This document shows positions 39,720-52,100 of a DNA stretch of 64,000 bases, in pieces. The stretch lies in the NCBI RefSeq assembly GCF_018350175.1, contig NC_058383.1, positions 16,122,001 to 16,186,000 on the forward strand. The letters run 5' to 3'. A model generated the notes under the pieces. The model made no database searches. It saw only the letters and a program-made list of their open reading frames with translations, and had not been told where the DNA came from. Origin of the DNA: Felis catus (taxonomy: Eukaryota). The translations under genes and the position numbers were made by a program. Position 1 is the stretch's first letter. Each line of letters starts with the position of its first letter.

Positions 39720-39814
39720 CCTGCTTCAGCCCTCAGTTGTCCCCTCTCCCCAAGGGGCTCTGAGACCTTTGGGATTCCTGTCACATTCACTCAAGGGCCT
39801 GAGAGGACCTAACA
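39720..39814 (+). other. PHKG1: Putative non-coding first exon of PHKG1
   Basis: The first coding exon has a clear acceptor (polypyrimidine tract + cag ending 42050) 22 nt before the ATG, so an upstream exon must exist. A good donor, aca|gtgagt, lies at 39814/39815. The 5' boundary is a guess. Confidence 0.45.
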
Positions 39815-42072
39815 GTGAGTAGCTGGGCTGGTGATGGACAAAAGCCAGGCAACAGGCAGAGAGGGAGAGGCTGTGGGCAGAGAAGATAGAAACATCCAGA
39901 GCCATTAAACCCACTTTTCCCTTCCGAAGGCAGCTGGATGCAGAGTGGCAGCATTGACTCTTGAAGCCCCCCTCAGGGTATTTGCCTACAGAAAGGGGGT
40001 TCTCTGTTATTGTATTTTCAGACTTTGTGTTTTGGGGATGGATGTTTTGTTCCAAAAAGGACCAGGTTCTCTACTCCCATCTGGGGACCCTTTCCAAAGG
40101 AGTCTTGGGAAAGGTGGGGAGTCGGGGGTGGGAGGGCAGGTAGGGAGGTAGTGGACAGAAGCACAAATGTGGCTCAATCAGGCCTAGAGCAAGGGAGTGG
40201 TCCCCCTGCCCCACCCCAGGACAGGTGAATGCAGCCAGAAGTGTGTGAAGCTAGTCAGGCCAGGGAATGGAGCCCCCAGCTGGGATAGCTTCCTGGAACG
40301 GGTCCACCACATCCTCTGCCTGTAGAGGGCTGGGGGAAGGGAGAGAACTTGCACTACCCAGCTTTGGGAGGTGGGGGACACAGACACCCATCTTGGGAAC
40401 TTAAAAGGACCTGCAAGGAAATGGGCTTGTTTTTACAGGAACAGACATTTCTGTGCTCAGTTGGGGCTGCTGACTGGGAAGCCTGTGAGCAAGCAGCCCA
40501 GGCGCCTGCTGTTGGCAGAGATTGTTGTTATTCTAATTATTCCTCTGGTAACCAGGCACCCAGCAGTGGGGACACCAGGCTTCCTGGAACAGCTAGCCCT
40601 ACTTGGCTGGTCAGCAAATTGGCCCATTTGATAGGCCAGGCCTTCCTGGGCCCAGCAAGGGCAGTAGAAGTGGGGCTAGAGGCAGCTTTGGCCCTGCTGA
40701 ATGTTAACTTGTGCCCATTTTCTATCTGCCCCTCTTCCTGTTGGTAGATAATTTTCTCTGTTCCTCAAATCCTATATCTGAGGTAGGAGTTTAGTACTAT
40801 GGTGGCCTCTATATTCCTCAGGCACCTGGGTGGCTCAGTCGGTTGAGTGTCCAGCTTCAGCTCATCTCATGGTTCGTGGATTTGAGCCCTGTGTCAAGCT
40901 CTCTGCTGTCAGCGCCAAGCCCACTCGGATTCTCTGTCCCCACCCCACCTTACCCCTGTACTTCCCCCACTCACACTCTCTCTCAAAAATAAACATTTAT
41001 ATTCCTCAGGCAAAGCTGGCCAGCTCAGCTCCTGTGTCCAGGCCTGAGTATCCTGGCTTTGTACTGCCCCACACTGTGGCGGGACCACTCAGGGCTCACC
41101 GGCCATCATTTGGTAGGACATGGGGCATTCCGAGGATAGAACCGACCTGCCATCAGAACCATGAGCCAAAGGGATACCTCCAACTGTTGACTCACATCCA
41201 GGGAGCAGCACTGGGCACGGCAGGGAGGAATGGCTGGGACACCCCAGAGATCAGGCTAATGGAGGAGGTGACACCACACACTGACAGGTGATAGCAGAAG
41301 CAGGGCCCATTAAGCTCTGCATCCCTCTGAGCAGCTGGCAGAGTGCTTCTCAAAAAGCATGAGAGAAAGAAGAGAAAAGAGAGAAAGGAAGGAAGGAAGG
41401 AGGAAAGAAAGGTTAGGAAAGTCCTGGTTGAAAGCAGAATGAGTAAGGAAGGAACAGTGGGAAGCACTGGAAGTGTGTTCCGGAAGGAAGGCTGTTTTCA
41501 CGGAAGGACAGTTACACTGGGGGAGGTGAAAGAGAGGCTCTAGGAGCCCCATATTGAGAAGATGAAATCATGAAGCTTCTCACCTTTCCGCAAGCACAGA
41601 GAACAAGCAGAGGAAAAGCAGGACTAGCCTCATCTCCTCAAAGAGAAGAGACAGCCCTTTAATTTGTCCTCTCCAAAGTTTCTCTGGTGTTCTTTCTAAA
41701 ATCAAGGGTGTGCTGGCCTCCTCAGAGCTAACCCTGGGGCTGATGGCCCAGCCTCCTGCCTCTGGCCTGGGCTTAGGCCTGGCCTGCTGTCAGCAGGGGG
41801 CGGCAACTTACAGCGAGAACATCCGGGGAGCCACAGGGTTGCCTGGGGTTCACAAAAGTTTGCAGCCAGCAGGAAGACGCAAGCTGGGCTCTTTCCAAAG
41901 GGTGTTTCAACTCACATTTATTTTGAACGTCCACTATAGGCCTGCTCTGTGCCAGGAGATACAAAGATGAGTGAGAAAGGGTTCCAGTCCTCAAAGAGCA
42001 CATCCCTTAGATCAGGACGGCTGCCAGCTTCTTTCCATCTCTCCCCTCAGAATCACCCCGGAGTTGCTGAGC

Positions 42073-45000
42073 ATGACCCGGGACGAGGCACTGCCAGACT
42101 CGTATTCAGCACAGGGCTTCTATGAGAACTATGAGCCCAAGGAGATCCTGGGCAGGTAAGACCTAGACCTGCCCCAGGAAGTGCTGTCTTAGGCTCCAGC
42201 CAGTTCCATGGGCCCATGGGCCTATCCCCAAAGCACTATCCACTTGGAGAAACCCTCAGTTTGGGGTCCTGCTCTCCTGAACCAGGACAAATGAGAAGGG
42301 TATATACCTCTCCCAGAAGAATTCTCCCAGTGCTGTTGACAAGCACTTCCAAACCCACTTTGCACCAGGGTCAGAGATCAGGGGTCAGAGGGAAGGTGAT
42401 GGCCCTCGATGCTGAGAAAGAGCACTAAACACTAAACTAGGAATCGAGTCCTAAGACCAGGCTCGTTACTCATCAGCTCCAGACAAATCACCCTCCCTCT
42501 GCCATCTTCATCCCCCATCCCCAAAAGCTCCTAGGGAGTTGGTGGATAAGGCAAGACATCTCTGTTGTGCCTTGGACCTGGGATTCTCCCTGGGGTGAGG
42601 GGCCCCTGGACCACCTGTACTCTGCACCCCCAGAGGAGTTAGCAGTGTCGTCAGGCGCTGCATCCACAAGCCCACGTGCCAGGAGTATGCTGTGAAGATC
42701 ATTGACATCACCGGCGGGGGCAGCTTCAGCTCTGCGGAGGTGCAGGAGCTGCGGGAGGCGACGCTGAAGGAGGTGGACATCCTGCACAAGGTCTCGGGGC
42801 TCCCCAACATCAGTGAGTAATGGCTCTGGGCCCCAGCAGGTGCTCCACCATGATTCTGCTCTAATAACCCAAGTCAGGGAGTGCGTGCGGTCCCACCGTG
42901 CAGCCAGCCAGGATCCCCAGAGTGTCTCCTGCCCCGGAGACCCTGCCAGCCCAGCACCCTGAGGCTTGAGGTTCCCAGCCGCACCCTTACCACCCTGGAG
43001 ACTCAGCTCTAAGCCTCCTCTTCCAGCCAGCCAGAGGTTTGCAAGCAGAACTGGTGGTGGTTGCGGGTCAGGGAATGGGGGTGTAAGGTCCCGGGCTGGC
43101 CCCTCCCTTAGCGGGGACTCCTTTGAACACTGTTCTGATACCCCTTCCAGCTCTTGAAGTCAGTCGGAGCAGCTTTAGTACCCTCACCCCTGTGCCCCCC
43201 TGCTGCCTCTGCCCAGGCTCCTCTGCTACCTGAGACGAGTTAGTCATTTCCATTTCAGTACAGCTGAAGGACACATATGAGACCAACACTTTCTTCTTCT
43301 TGGTGTTTGATCTGTAAGTACCCAGTCCTGCAGCCAGCCACACCCTGGGGCCTGTCGGAGAACCTCCTAGTGTGGTCCCTACCCAGTGCTTCCTGGAGAC
43401 CAACAGCCAGCTCCCTACACTGTGGAGGCCAAATAGGATCACCAATGCTTCAGGTCAATCAGCCCCGGGGTCAGGCTGCCAGGTCTTGAATCCTGGGGCC
43501 ACGACTTATGAGCTAGATGGTTTCTTTAGGTATCCGTTTTCTCATGGGCATTACAGAAGTAATAATAGCACAGCAAATGGCACAATGTAAATGCTATTAA
43601 TTATCAACTACAATGACGATGACGAAGGTGGTCATTCAATACTCATTCTGGACATTGAGGCTATAGCAATGAACAAGACAAAGTCCCCAACTTCATGTAA
43701 TGATTTTCACAGAGAGTGAACAGAAAGCAATGATACATACACATAGTTATGTACATGTACAGATGCATAAAGCAGAGCAGGAGTTAGAGGTGGGGCTTCT
43801 TTAGATGGGGCTGTCAGGGAATGCTCTCCAGAAGGTGACCTGAGCAGAGGCCCAGATGAAGTGAGGGAGGGATCAGAACCAACACCTGGAGAAGGACCCT
43901 TCCAGCAGAAGGACAGAAGGAAGAGCCAGAGCAAGGGCCCCACCGGATGGGCTTCATATATTCCAGGATTGGCAAGGAAACCAGGGTGGAGTGGGGCAAG
44001 CTTGTGGAGTTGGCAGAATGTGAGGCCAGTCTGTACTGAAGACCGGATTTTGCAGGCATGTCAGCCATGGCAAGGACTTTGGAGGGATGAACACATCCCT
44101 CTTACTTTTGAAAAGCATACTACTGACTATAAGGAGGCAAGAGTGGAAAGGAGGAGGCCAGCAGTATTGAGGCAAGAGGCCCACCAGGGAGGCAAGCAGT
44201 AAAGGATGTATTTGGGGTGTGGCTCAAAGACTGACATCATTGTTGTCATCATCAATGTCACTATTCCCCTGCTTCTGCACCAACAGGGATACTGAGACAA
44301 GCTCCTTGTCACAGGGTCCACTGCCCACAGGGGGCCTTTCAGCTCTGAGAGCCTCTGTTTTCTCAAGAAAGGAAAAATGATAACAACCACTGTGCCCATC
44401 TCACCAGGCTCTAAGTATTGAATTCGACGACACAAAGTGCTCTGTGAACAATGTTTTCAGACTTATCATTTTTATCAGAAAGGCTTCCCAGGGAAGGGAA
44501 CTGTCCAGCTCCTTGTCGCCCCACTCCATTGAGTCCTCACTAAAGGCTCCATGAACCACCACCATTGTGTGGTGTCTTGATTCCTCCATACATAATAGCT
44601 AATTTTAGGGACTGGATTTACTTGAGAAAATTATTCAAGTAGGTTTTGTTTTGTTAGAATGTTTCATACTGTAGCCATGCTGAATATGTGTAGGGTTATT
44701 TTCTTCCAGACACAGTATAACCTGGCCTGTGTGTACAATTAAACTGCCAGGTCCATGAGGCAGCAGCCTGTGGTATCTTGCCCAGTCCCCAGTGTTTACT
44801 GGTTCATCTTTCTTATGTTGCTAACAGTGAGTTCTTCTAGTGTCTTTAAAATGGAATTAGAATAATAAAAACTGGATTCACACATGGCCTTTCTGGGACA
44901 CAGTGCAGATATTGTACAGATAAGGCTCACCTCTGTAAATTCTAAGTTGTCTCCTCAAACGGAACCCCCCTCCCTGCCATACCAGCTAAGCTCAAGGGTT

Positions 45001-48000
45001 TTCTTGCCTCTATGACAGTGGCCAAATTCCTTTGTGTCCCAGGAATCCTGCTGCTTTCCCTGGAGGGGTGGGTGAGGAGAGCAGGATGTACCTTTCCTAT
45101 TTAACCAGGGGAGACTTTCCCAGGGCCGCCCAAGACTTAACCAGCTGCAGCTGTCCCCAGCTCTGCTCGGTGACACTGCCCTGTAGAGCCCTTGTGGACA
45201 GCTCAAATATCCCTAACCTTTGAAGAAGTTGCTTAGGGAAGCTATTTTTAATGCTGCCCTGAGTTGCCCTCCAGGGTGCAACTAGATTGTTTTAGCAGCG
45301 ACCTCTTTCTACATCATTCCAAGAAGTGGGAAGATTGAACTGTAATTCTTACTCCTAAAATAGGCAAACTTTGCTCTTGCAGCACCTGCACTGTTGCCTC
45401 TACTGTCCATTCCTGGGAAAAATCAGGACACTCTTGTCCTGATCTGGATCTGGGGCCTTGGGCCAGTGGCTCAGGGTCCCTCTTTCACCTCCCAGCCCTG
45501 ATTTTGGCCCTGATAGATCCCAGTCAGTGTGTCACTTCCACAGGTGGGGGGACCTTCAGGCTGGTGCCATCCCACCCCCAGTGGGGGAGACACTCACCCT
45601 CATGCTATCCCACCCTTTCGGTTTCCACTGTTCTTCTAATCTCCCTAGACAACCCCTCTGCTCACTTCCCCAGCTTCTTCCTGCAGCCCTTGGTCCTTCA
45701 TGGGGAGTGGTCCACTCTGTCTCTGGAGATATGAGGGGAGGAAACAGGTCTCTGGGAGTAGGGTAAGAAGGGGGTGCTCTTGGGACCCATACAGATACAA
45801 ACCCGCCATCCCCACAGGATGAAGAGAGGGGAGCTCTTTGATTACCTCACTGAGAAGGTCACTCTGAGTGAGAAGGAAACCAGGTGAGGATCCATTTGCC
45901 CCTACTGCCACTCCCTGCCCCAGAGTCCTAGTGATACTGGCACCAAGCTCTTGGAGTGAGAGCAGTATGCATTTGTCTGGGCTGGGGGCAGGCACTGCTG
46001 GCTTTTGTAGCCTCCCTCCCTCTTTGGCTCAGCCTAGATGGTCTCAGCCTGTCCTCCCACACTGGCAGTCTGGTGGGTATATGGGCTTTGGTCTCCCTGC
46101 TTGCTACCGGGCCCTGCGGAATAGGAGATAAGAGTGACATGTGCCTGTCCCACCCCAGAAAGATCATGAGAGCCCTGCTGGAGGTAATCTGCAATTTGCA
46201 CAAACTCAACATTGTGCATCGGGATCTGAAGCCTGAGAACATCCTCTTGGATGATGACATGAACATCAAGCTCACAGACTTTGGTTTTTCCTGCCAGCTG
46301 GAGCCAGGAGAGAAGCTGCGAGGTCTGGTAACATGGCCTTGGCCCATGTCAGGGGCTCAGGTCTCTCTCATCCACGCTCCCAGGAACAGAGATTGCCTGG
46401 ATTTCTCCCCTGATTTCCACTCCCAGAATAAAAATCCTACCATTTCAGGGCTAGGTGTCTCTTCAGGTAAGCCTCCTCCCAGGGCTGAGCCAGGTTCCCA
46501 CTGCCTGAGTTCCAGGCCGGGATGGCTAGACGTGACCGAGGAAGCAACAGACCCAGCACCCAGGCCCTGCCCTTGGCTCTGAAGGTGGCCAGTGTTAGAA
46601 GAGTCCCAGCCCAAGCACCATTTTGCTTTTGTCTACATTTTTTTTCTTTGGATCTTCCCCCTTCCAAGTGCCCCCTGCTGACCTGTCCTGAATGTAACTA
46701 TTTCTGCAGAGGTCTGTGGGACCCCCAGTTACCTGGCCCCTGAGATCATTGAATGCTCCATGAATGATGACCACCCAGGTTATGGGAAGGAAGTGGACAT
46801 GTAAGTATGTTGGGAAGTGACCCAGAAGGACAGGGATGCCCCCGTGGCTAAGAGCACCTGGCTGGGGAGGGGAGGAAATGGCAGGAGCTACAGCCAGTTC
46901 TCCTGCCTTCCTCCCTGTTCCACCTGATACCAGGTGGAGCACAGGCGTCATCATGTACACCCTGCTGGCTGGCTCCCCACCCTTCTGGCACCGGAAACAG
47001 ATGCTGATGCTGAGGATGATCATGAGTGGCAACTACCAGTTTGGCTCACCTGAATGGGATGATTATTCAGACACAGTGAAGGACTTGGTGAGAGACCAAT
47101 CCTTCTGGCTCCTCTGCTCAAGAGAGGGGGAGTCCACCACGGGGGAGAGAAGCATATCATGCTACAAAATGGAGGACCCTACTGGGAAAGACCTTATGTC
47201 TTCTGAAGTGCTGGAGGGGACCCTGCCTTGATGTTTTCAGCTCCCCCTTCCTTATTCTCTCAGGTTTCTCGCTTCTTGGTGGTGAACCCCCGGGGCCGCT
47301 GTTCAGCAGAAGAGGCCTTAGCACACCCGTTCTTCCAGCAGTATGTGGTGGAAGAAGTGCGTCACTTCAGCCCCCGGGGCAAGTTCAAGGTACTGAAGCT
47401 CCCCTCCCACCCAGGGCGGGACTCAAGTCCAAGCCCCTAAGTCCCTTTCCTTCCCCCAGGGACTCCTTTCACTCACAGGGTTTCCAGAGTACCTGCCCTT
47501 CCCCTCCCACCCATCCCTGTGATGGCTCCAGCTCAATTTCTGGCATCAGAGAGGACAGAAGTCACCCATCTGGCTCCAAAAGCCCACATCTCTGCAGATG
47601 CCGGAGGGGTGGGAATGATAGGGGGAACACTAGGAAAGGCCCAGCGGTAGGCACACAAGGCTTCATAGCAATCACTCTCAGGGACTCCCTGCACTGGAAG
47701 GGGAAGGAGACAGGCCGGCAGGGACTGGGTCCAGCTTCTCAGTTCTGGCTTTCCACAGGTGATTGCTGTAACAGTACTGGCTTCAGTGCGGATCTACTAC
47801 CAGTACCGCCGGGTGAAGCCGGTGACCCGGGAGATCGTCATCCGTGACCCTTATGCCCTCCGTCCTCTGCGCCGACTCATCGATGCCTATGCTTTCCGCA
47901 TCTATGGCCACTGGGTGAAGAAGGGGCAGCAGCAGAACCGGGCTGCCCTCTTTGAGAACACACCCAAAGCTGTGCTCCTCTCCCTGGCTGAGGAAGACTA

Positions 48001-48004
48001 CTGA
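42073..48004 (+). CDS. PHKG1: Phosphorylase b kinase catalytic gamma-1 subunit (muscle), 387 aa, 9 coding exons
   Basis: Coding exons 42073-42155, 42634-42812, 43259-43313, 45818-45883, 46159-46322, 46710-46800, 46934-47087, 47264-47389, 47759-48004, 1164 nt in total with consistent phases. Kinase motifs [36 protein letters not shown]-terminal calmodulin-binding tail ...[34 protein letters not shown]. Confidence 0.98.
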
Positions 48005-48013
48005 GGGGCCAGC

Positions 48014-48048
48014 AGGTGGGGTAGGTGGGGTAGGTGGGGTAGGTGGGG
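48014..48048 (+). repeat. (AGGTGGGGT)x4 G-rich tandem repeat in the PHKG1 3' UTR
   Basis: aggtggggt aggtggggt aggtggggt aggtgggg, starting 10 nt after the stop codon. Confidence 0.9.
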
Positions 48049-49158
48049 CGGAGGGCGGGCAAGGAGGGAAAGCCACAGAAACAGAAGTTGAAGGAGTGAG
48101 ATCATGTCCAAGCCTCTGTCCAGAGCGGGGTACTTGGGCCTGGCCAGAACCCCTGCACCCAAGGCCCCTATCCCCTCTCAGAGGCTCTGCACAAGGGCAG
48201 GGTGCTCCCATCACACGTCATCACACATTGGTGAGTGTGGTCAGGGCCTGTCCCCATAGAGGGGAATTGCTTCTCTACTTCCCAGCTGTAAGCACCATCT
48301 CAGGTTCTTCTCATGGGAGGCCCAGAGTTCCAGATGCTTGCGCGCCCTTCTCTTAGGGTCCCAGGGTGAGGATAAAAGAGAATAGTCTGAGATATACAAT
48401 CACAAGAGGTTTTACTGACCTCACAACATCCAGTGGCACCATGGGAGCAGGTTCTTTTCTAGGGACCTATGTTTAGAGGCATATGGGAGCCCTGATCTGA
48501 TTAACAATAGAAAGGGAAGGTTCTGGTATTTGTCTGTCTGGAATATCATTTACTTTGTGACTCTCACAATACAGTTTTGTCTGGTAAATAATTCGGCTCC
48601 CCTAGACCCTTTTAAGACTGACATTGTGCTTTAAAGAGCCTGGTTACTGCATTCTACGTACGGTTAGCAGAAATTAGGTTCCTTCAGAGGCATGTGAAAC
48701 ACTACAAATGAGGTGAATGAAAGAAGTATTTTCCTTCTACAGCAATTTGCTTGGAAAACAAAGAGAAATGGGGAAATTCTGCCTTGAGAAAACAATGCTG
48801 GATCCCTGAATTAAACATTGATTTAAAATTTTTAACAAAGTGCCTTTCAGAGCACTCTGGCCCAATTGTTTGAGTACTGGGCCCTATACAGTTAATATCT
48901 GACCTCTAAGAGAAACACCCAGCTCTTGGCCACAATCAATAAGTTGGGCCCCTTCTCCAGGAGACAGTGGCACCCTCCTCTGAGGTTAGAGTCCTCTCCT
49001 GGCCTGGTGAGAGATGCCTGCCACAGAGGAATGGAAGAGGAGTAGGATGTCGTTCCTGAGGCTAAAGTTTAAGAGTCTGGAGTTTGGCTGTGTCTGGAAC
49101 GTGGCCAGGGAGTGACACGGGCACCATGGGGCTCTTCTCTTTGGCTCTGCATAGCTGT

Positions 49159-52100
49159 TCACAACTCCCCAGGCAGTCGGCCTGCACTGGATGCACAACG
49201 GAAGCCAAGGTTGTCTGAGGCTGAATCTGGAGTGTTGCCCATCCTGGCACCAGAGAAGAGGAGAAAGAATGGACATTTGTTGAAAAGGGGTCTGGAGTCT
49301 TACTCCACTTTCCTGCTCTACCTCCTAGGGCCTGCTGTGGTCCAAGGTGCGGGAGGACATGGTCTAGAAAGAAGCCTGGGGTGAGGGCGCTCCTGGGGCA
49401 ATGGGGAGAAGGGCCCTGGGACAGGGTGGAGGAAGTGTGAGTGAACAGCTCTGAGAATCTGCTCTGGAAGGCAGGAAGGGCAATGACTAGTAACTTTAGC
49501 TGCTGGTGGTTTAGAATAACTCAGTCAAAACAAACAAACCAACAAAAAATCCTGTCAGTAAGAAGCAAAATGTTGTAGTGCCAGTGAGTACTTCATACTT
49601 TTTAATGAACTTTCACATATGCTCCTTCATTTGCCATTTCTCAATAGCTCTGGAAGGGAGGGTCTGTTCACCATTTTAGAGACCCAGCAGATACTAGAAG
49701 ATGTAAATATCCTGCCCAGAGCCAACTACTGCTTCATGGGCACAAGAGATTCAGTGGCAAACCCAGCTTCCTGGTTCCCAGGCTAATATCTTCTCCATTA
49801 CTTTGTCCTAAAAAAAGGAGGTGAGAGACAGTCTTGGGCCTCAATGTGTCAAAGAAACGTCTGCAAACCTGACTTCCCGAGGCCACAGAAACTGTGGTCT
49901 CTTTTTAATCCTTATGGAACCCATAATGGGAGGAATCACAGGGAGATCAATCAAAATAAATGTACAGATGAGACTGTAGAGACAGTCCCAGTAGGAGACT
50001 CAGGTGCTAGCACTAATCATCTGTGTGAAATGAGCAGGTCCCAGCACCTCCCTGAGCCTAATTTTCCTTGACGGTAAAACAAAATGGTTACAGAAAATGA
50101 CTTTTCATGTGCTTTCCAGTTTGAAAATACCATGGAAATACCATGACCCCAGGCCATAACCTATTTATGTGGCCATTCTACCCCCTGTCTCCGCACACCC
50201 AGTTAGGAGGACAAGAACAGAAAGAAAACCTTATGGTGTGGGACACAAAGTCTTTCTGGGTGCTGAGAGCTGGCAAGAAAAGGCACAAGTCGCCCTGGGC
50301 TCTTTTGCTTCTCATGGCAAGTGCTGCTTGTTCTCTTTTCTGTGCCCAACTCTGGGTGCAGACGGAGGTGTGGAAGCAGTGCCAACACCAGCTCTGGTGC
50401 TGTCTGTGCTCTGGGAGACCAGGACCTGACCCTCAGCCCCTAGATCCCAGGCTTCTTACCTGGTGGTGACCCGGGCCCGGTGGTTGGCGGAGCCATCAGC
50501 TGTGTCGATCCAGGATGCCCCCCGGAGGACACGCATGTCCTGGTCAGTGGTCGGGTACGGTGATGCCGTCCACTCCCACACGTTGCCCATGAGGTCATAG
50601 AGCCCTACAGCACAGCAGGGTGGGGGTCAGTCCCAGGCTGGCTAGTACTAGCCCCCCCCGCCGCCCCCACTTATGAAGTCTTTAGGGGAGCAAATGCTTC
50701 TCTGGTGGTGTTTCTTTCTGCCTCATTGATCAACAGAATGATCCCACCAAACAATTTGTGAGTGTTGACAGCAATGTGAAAGGAAATCTTACCATAGTTA
50801 TTCTGTGGGGGGAAAGCATTCACTGGGGAGACTCCATGGAAGCCATCCTCAGCTTTGTCACCCTTGGGGAACTTTCCCTGAGAAGGAGAAATTTAAACTA
50901 AAACATTTACCATCCTGTTCCAAGGCAGGTGTCCCTGTCTACCCAGAGGAAAACCAAGGTCACTTGCTGTGTCATCTGGGGTGGGGTGAGGGGTATGGGG
51001 CAGTGTTCTGAGGTACCCATCCTGAGCTCCCAAACTAGTCACCTCATGTCCTCCACCATCACCTCCTGGCTGGATTAGGACGGGTATGGTTTCCCCTGTG
51101 CCCACAGGGGTCTAGAACAAGCCTACCCCACTCCCACTTTCTCCACTCTCAGCAGCTCCCACTCCTCTGCCTTGGACCCCATGCGCTTGGGTGCCTTGGG
51201 AAGAAAGGCTCTCCTCCCCTCCTCTGTGGTCAGCACCACCTGCCATCTGCAGAACCACCAATGCCCACCCTGTGCTCTCCTGTAACACCTCTTCCCCTTC
51301 TACCACCAACAGGTGTAACTCTCCCTCGTCTGCCCTGACTCTACCCTCATCTGTTCTTACCACCAAAATTCCTGAAAAAAAGGACCCTATATTTGCTGAT
51401 GCAATGTGTCCAATGTGTTCATTCTTCTCATTAAAACTGGGATTCATCTTCCACTGGTCTATGGAAGCTGCTCTTACTAAAGGGGAGATAGAAGGGGCAA
51501 TAGCTACTACGTGCTAGGGCTGCTACATTTATCGCTTTTAATGTAATACTTACAAGGTTGTGAGGCAAGTATTTTCTCCCTTTAAAAAACTGGCAACTGA
51601 GGCTCAAAATGGCTAACTTATCAAAGATTACAGTGAAGAAGTCAGATCTGTCTTTTTGCAAAGCTCTGATCCAAAGATCATCTAAGATCAGTTTACCCCT
51701 CAGGTCCTTTTTAATGCTACCCCCTGAAACGCTGACGCTGTACCACCTCACTCTATAGAGTCTCCCTGGGAGATGACATTCTTGCCCAAGATGTATGCTG
51801 ATGACTCCCAAACCACTTGCTCTGACCCAGACCTCTGTCCTAAGTTCCAGACTCATATTTTTGACTTTCAGCATATAAATGACCCAAAGGCACCTTAAAC
51901 TAAGCTGATCTTAGTTCAGCGATCAGTGATCAAGTTCTAACCTTCTGACCCCAAATGCATATCATCTATTCTGGATAATGGTACACCATCATCCTGTGGC
52001 CCAAGCTTAGATTCATGCTCGAACCCAACTCTCTTTCACCTCTCCACATCTGATTAATTACCAAACCCTGTCTATCTTCTCAGGCACGCCTCTTCCATTC

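Noticed and set aside
45956..46582. 208-aa ORF with [11 protein letters not shown]; likewise the 190-aa minus ORF 53495-54067
   Set aside because: Single PHKG1 and SUMF2 exons read through into flanking intron sequence; not separate genes.
50460..50604. SUMF2 lacks the catalytic cysteines of formylglycine-generating enzyme (reads [17 protein letters not shown])
   Set aside because: Known, normal property of SUMF2/pFGE; not a sign of pseudogenisation.
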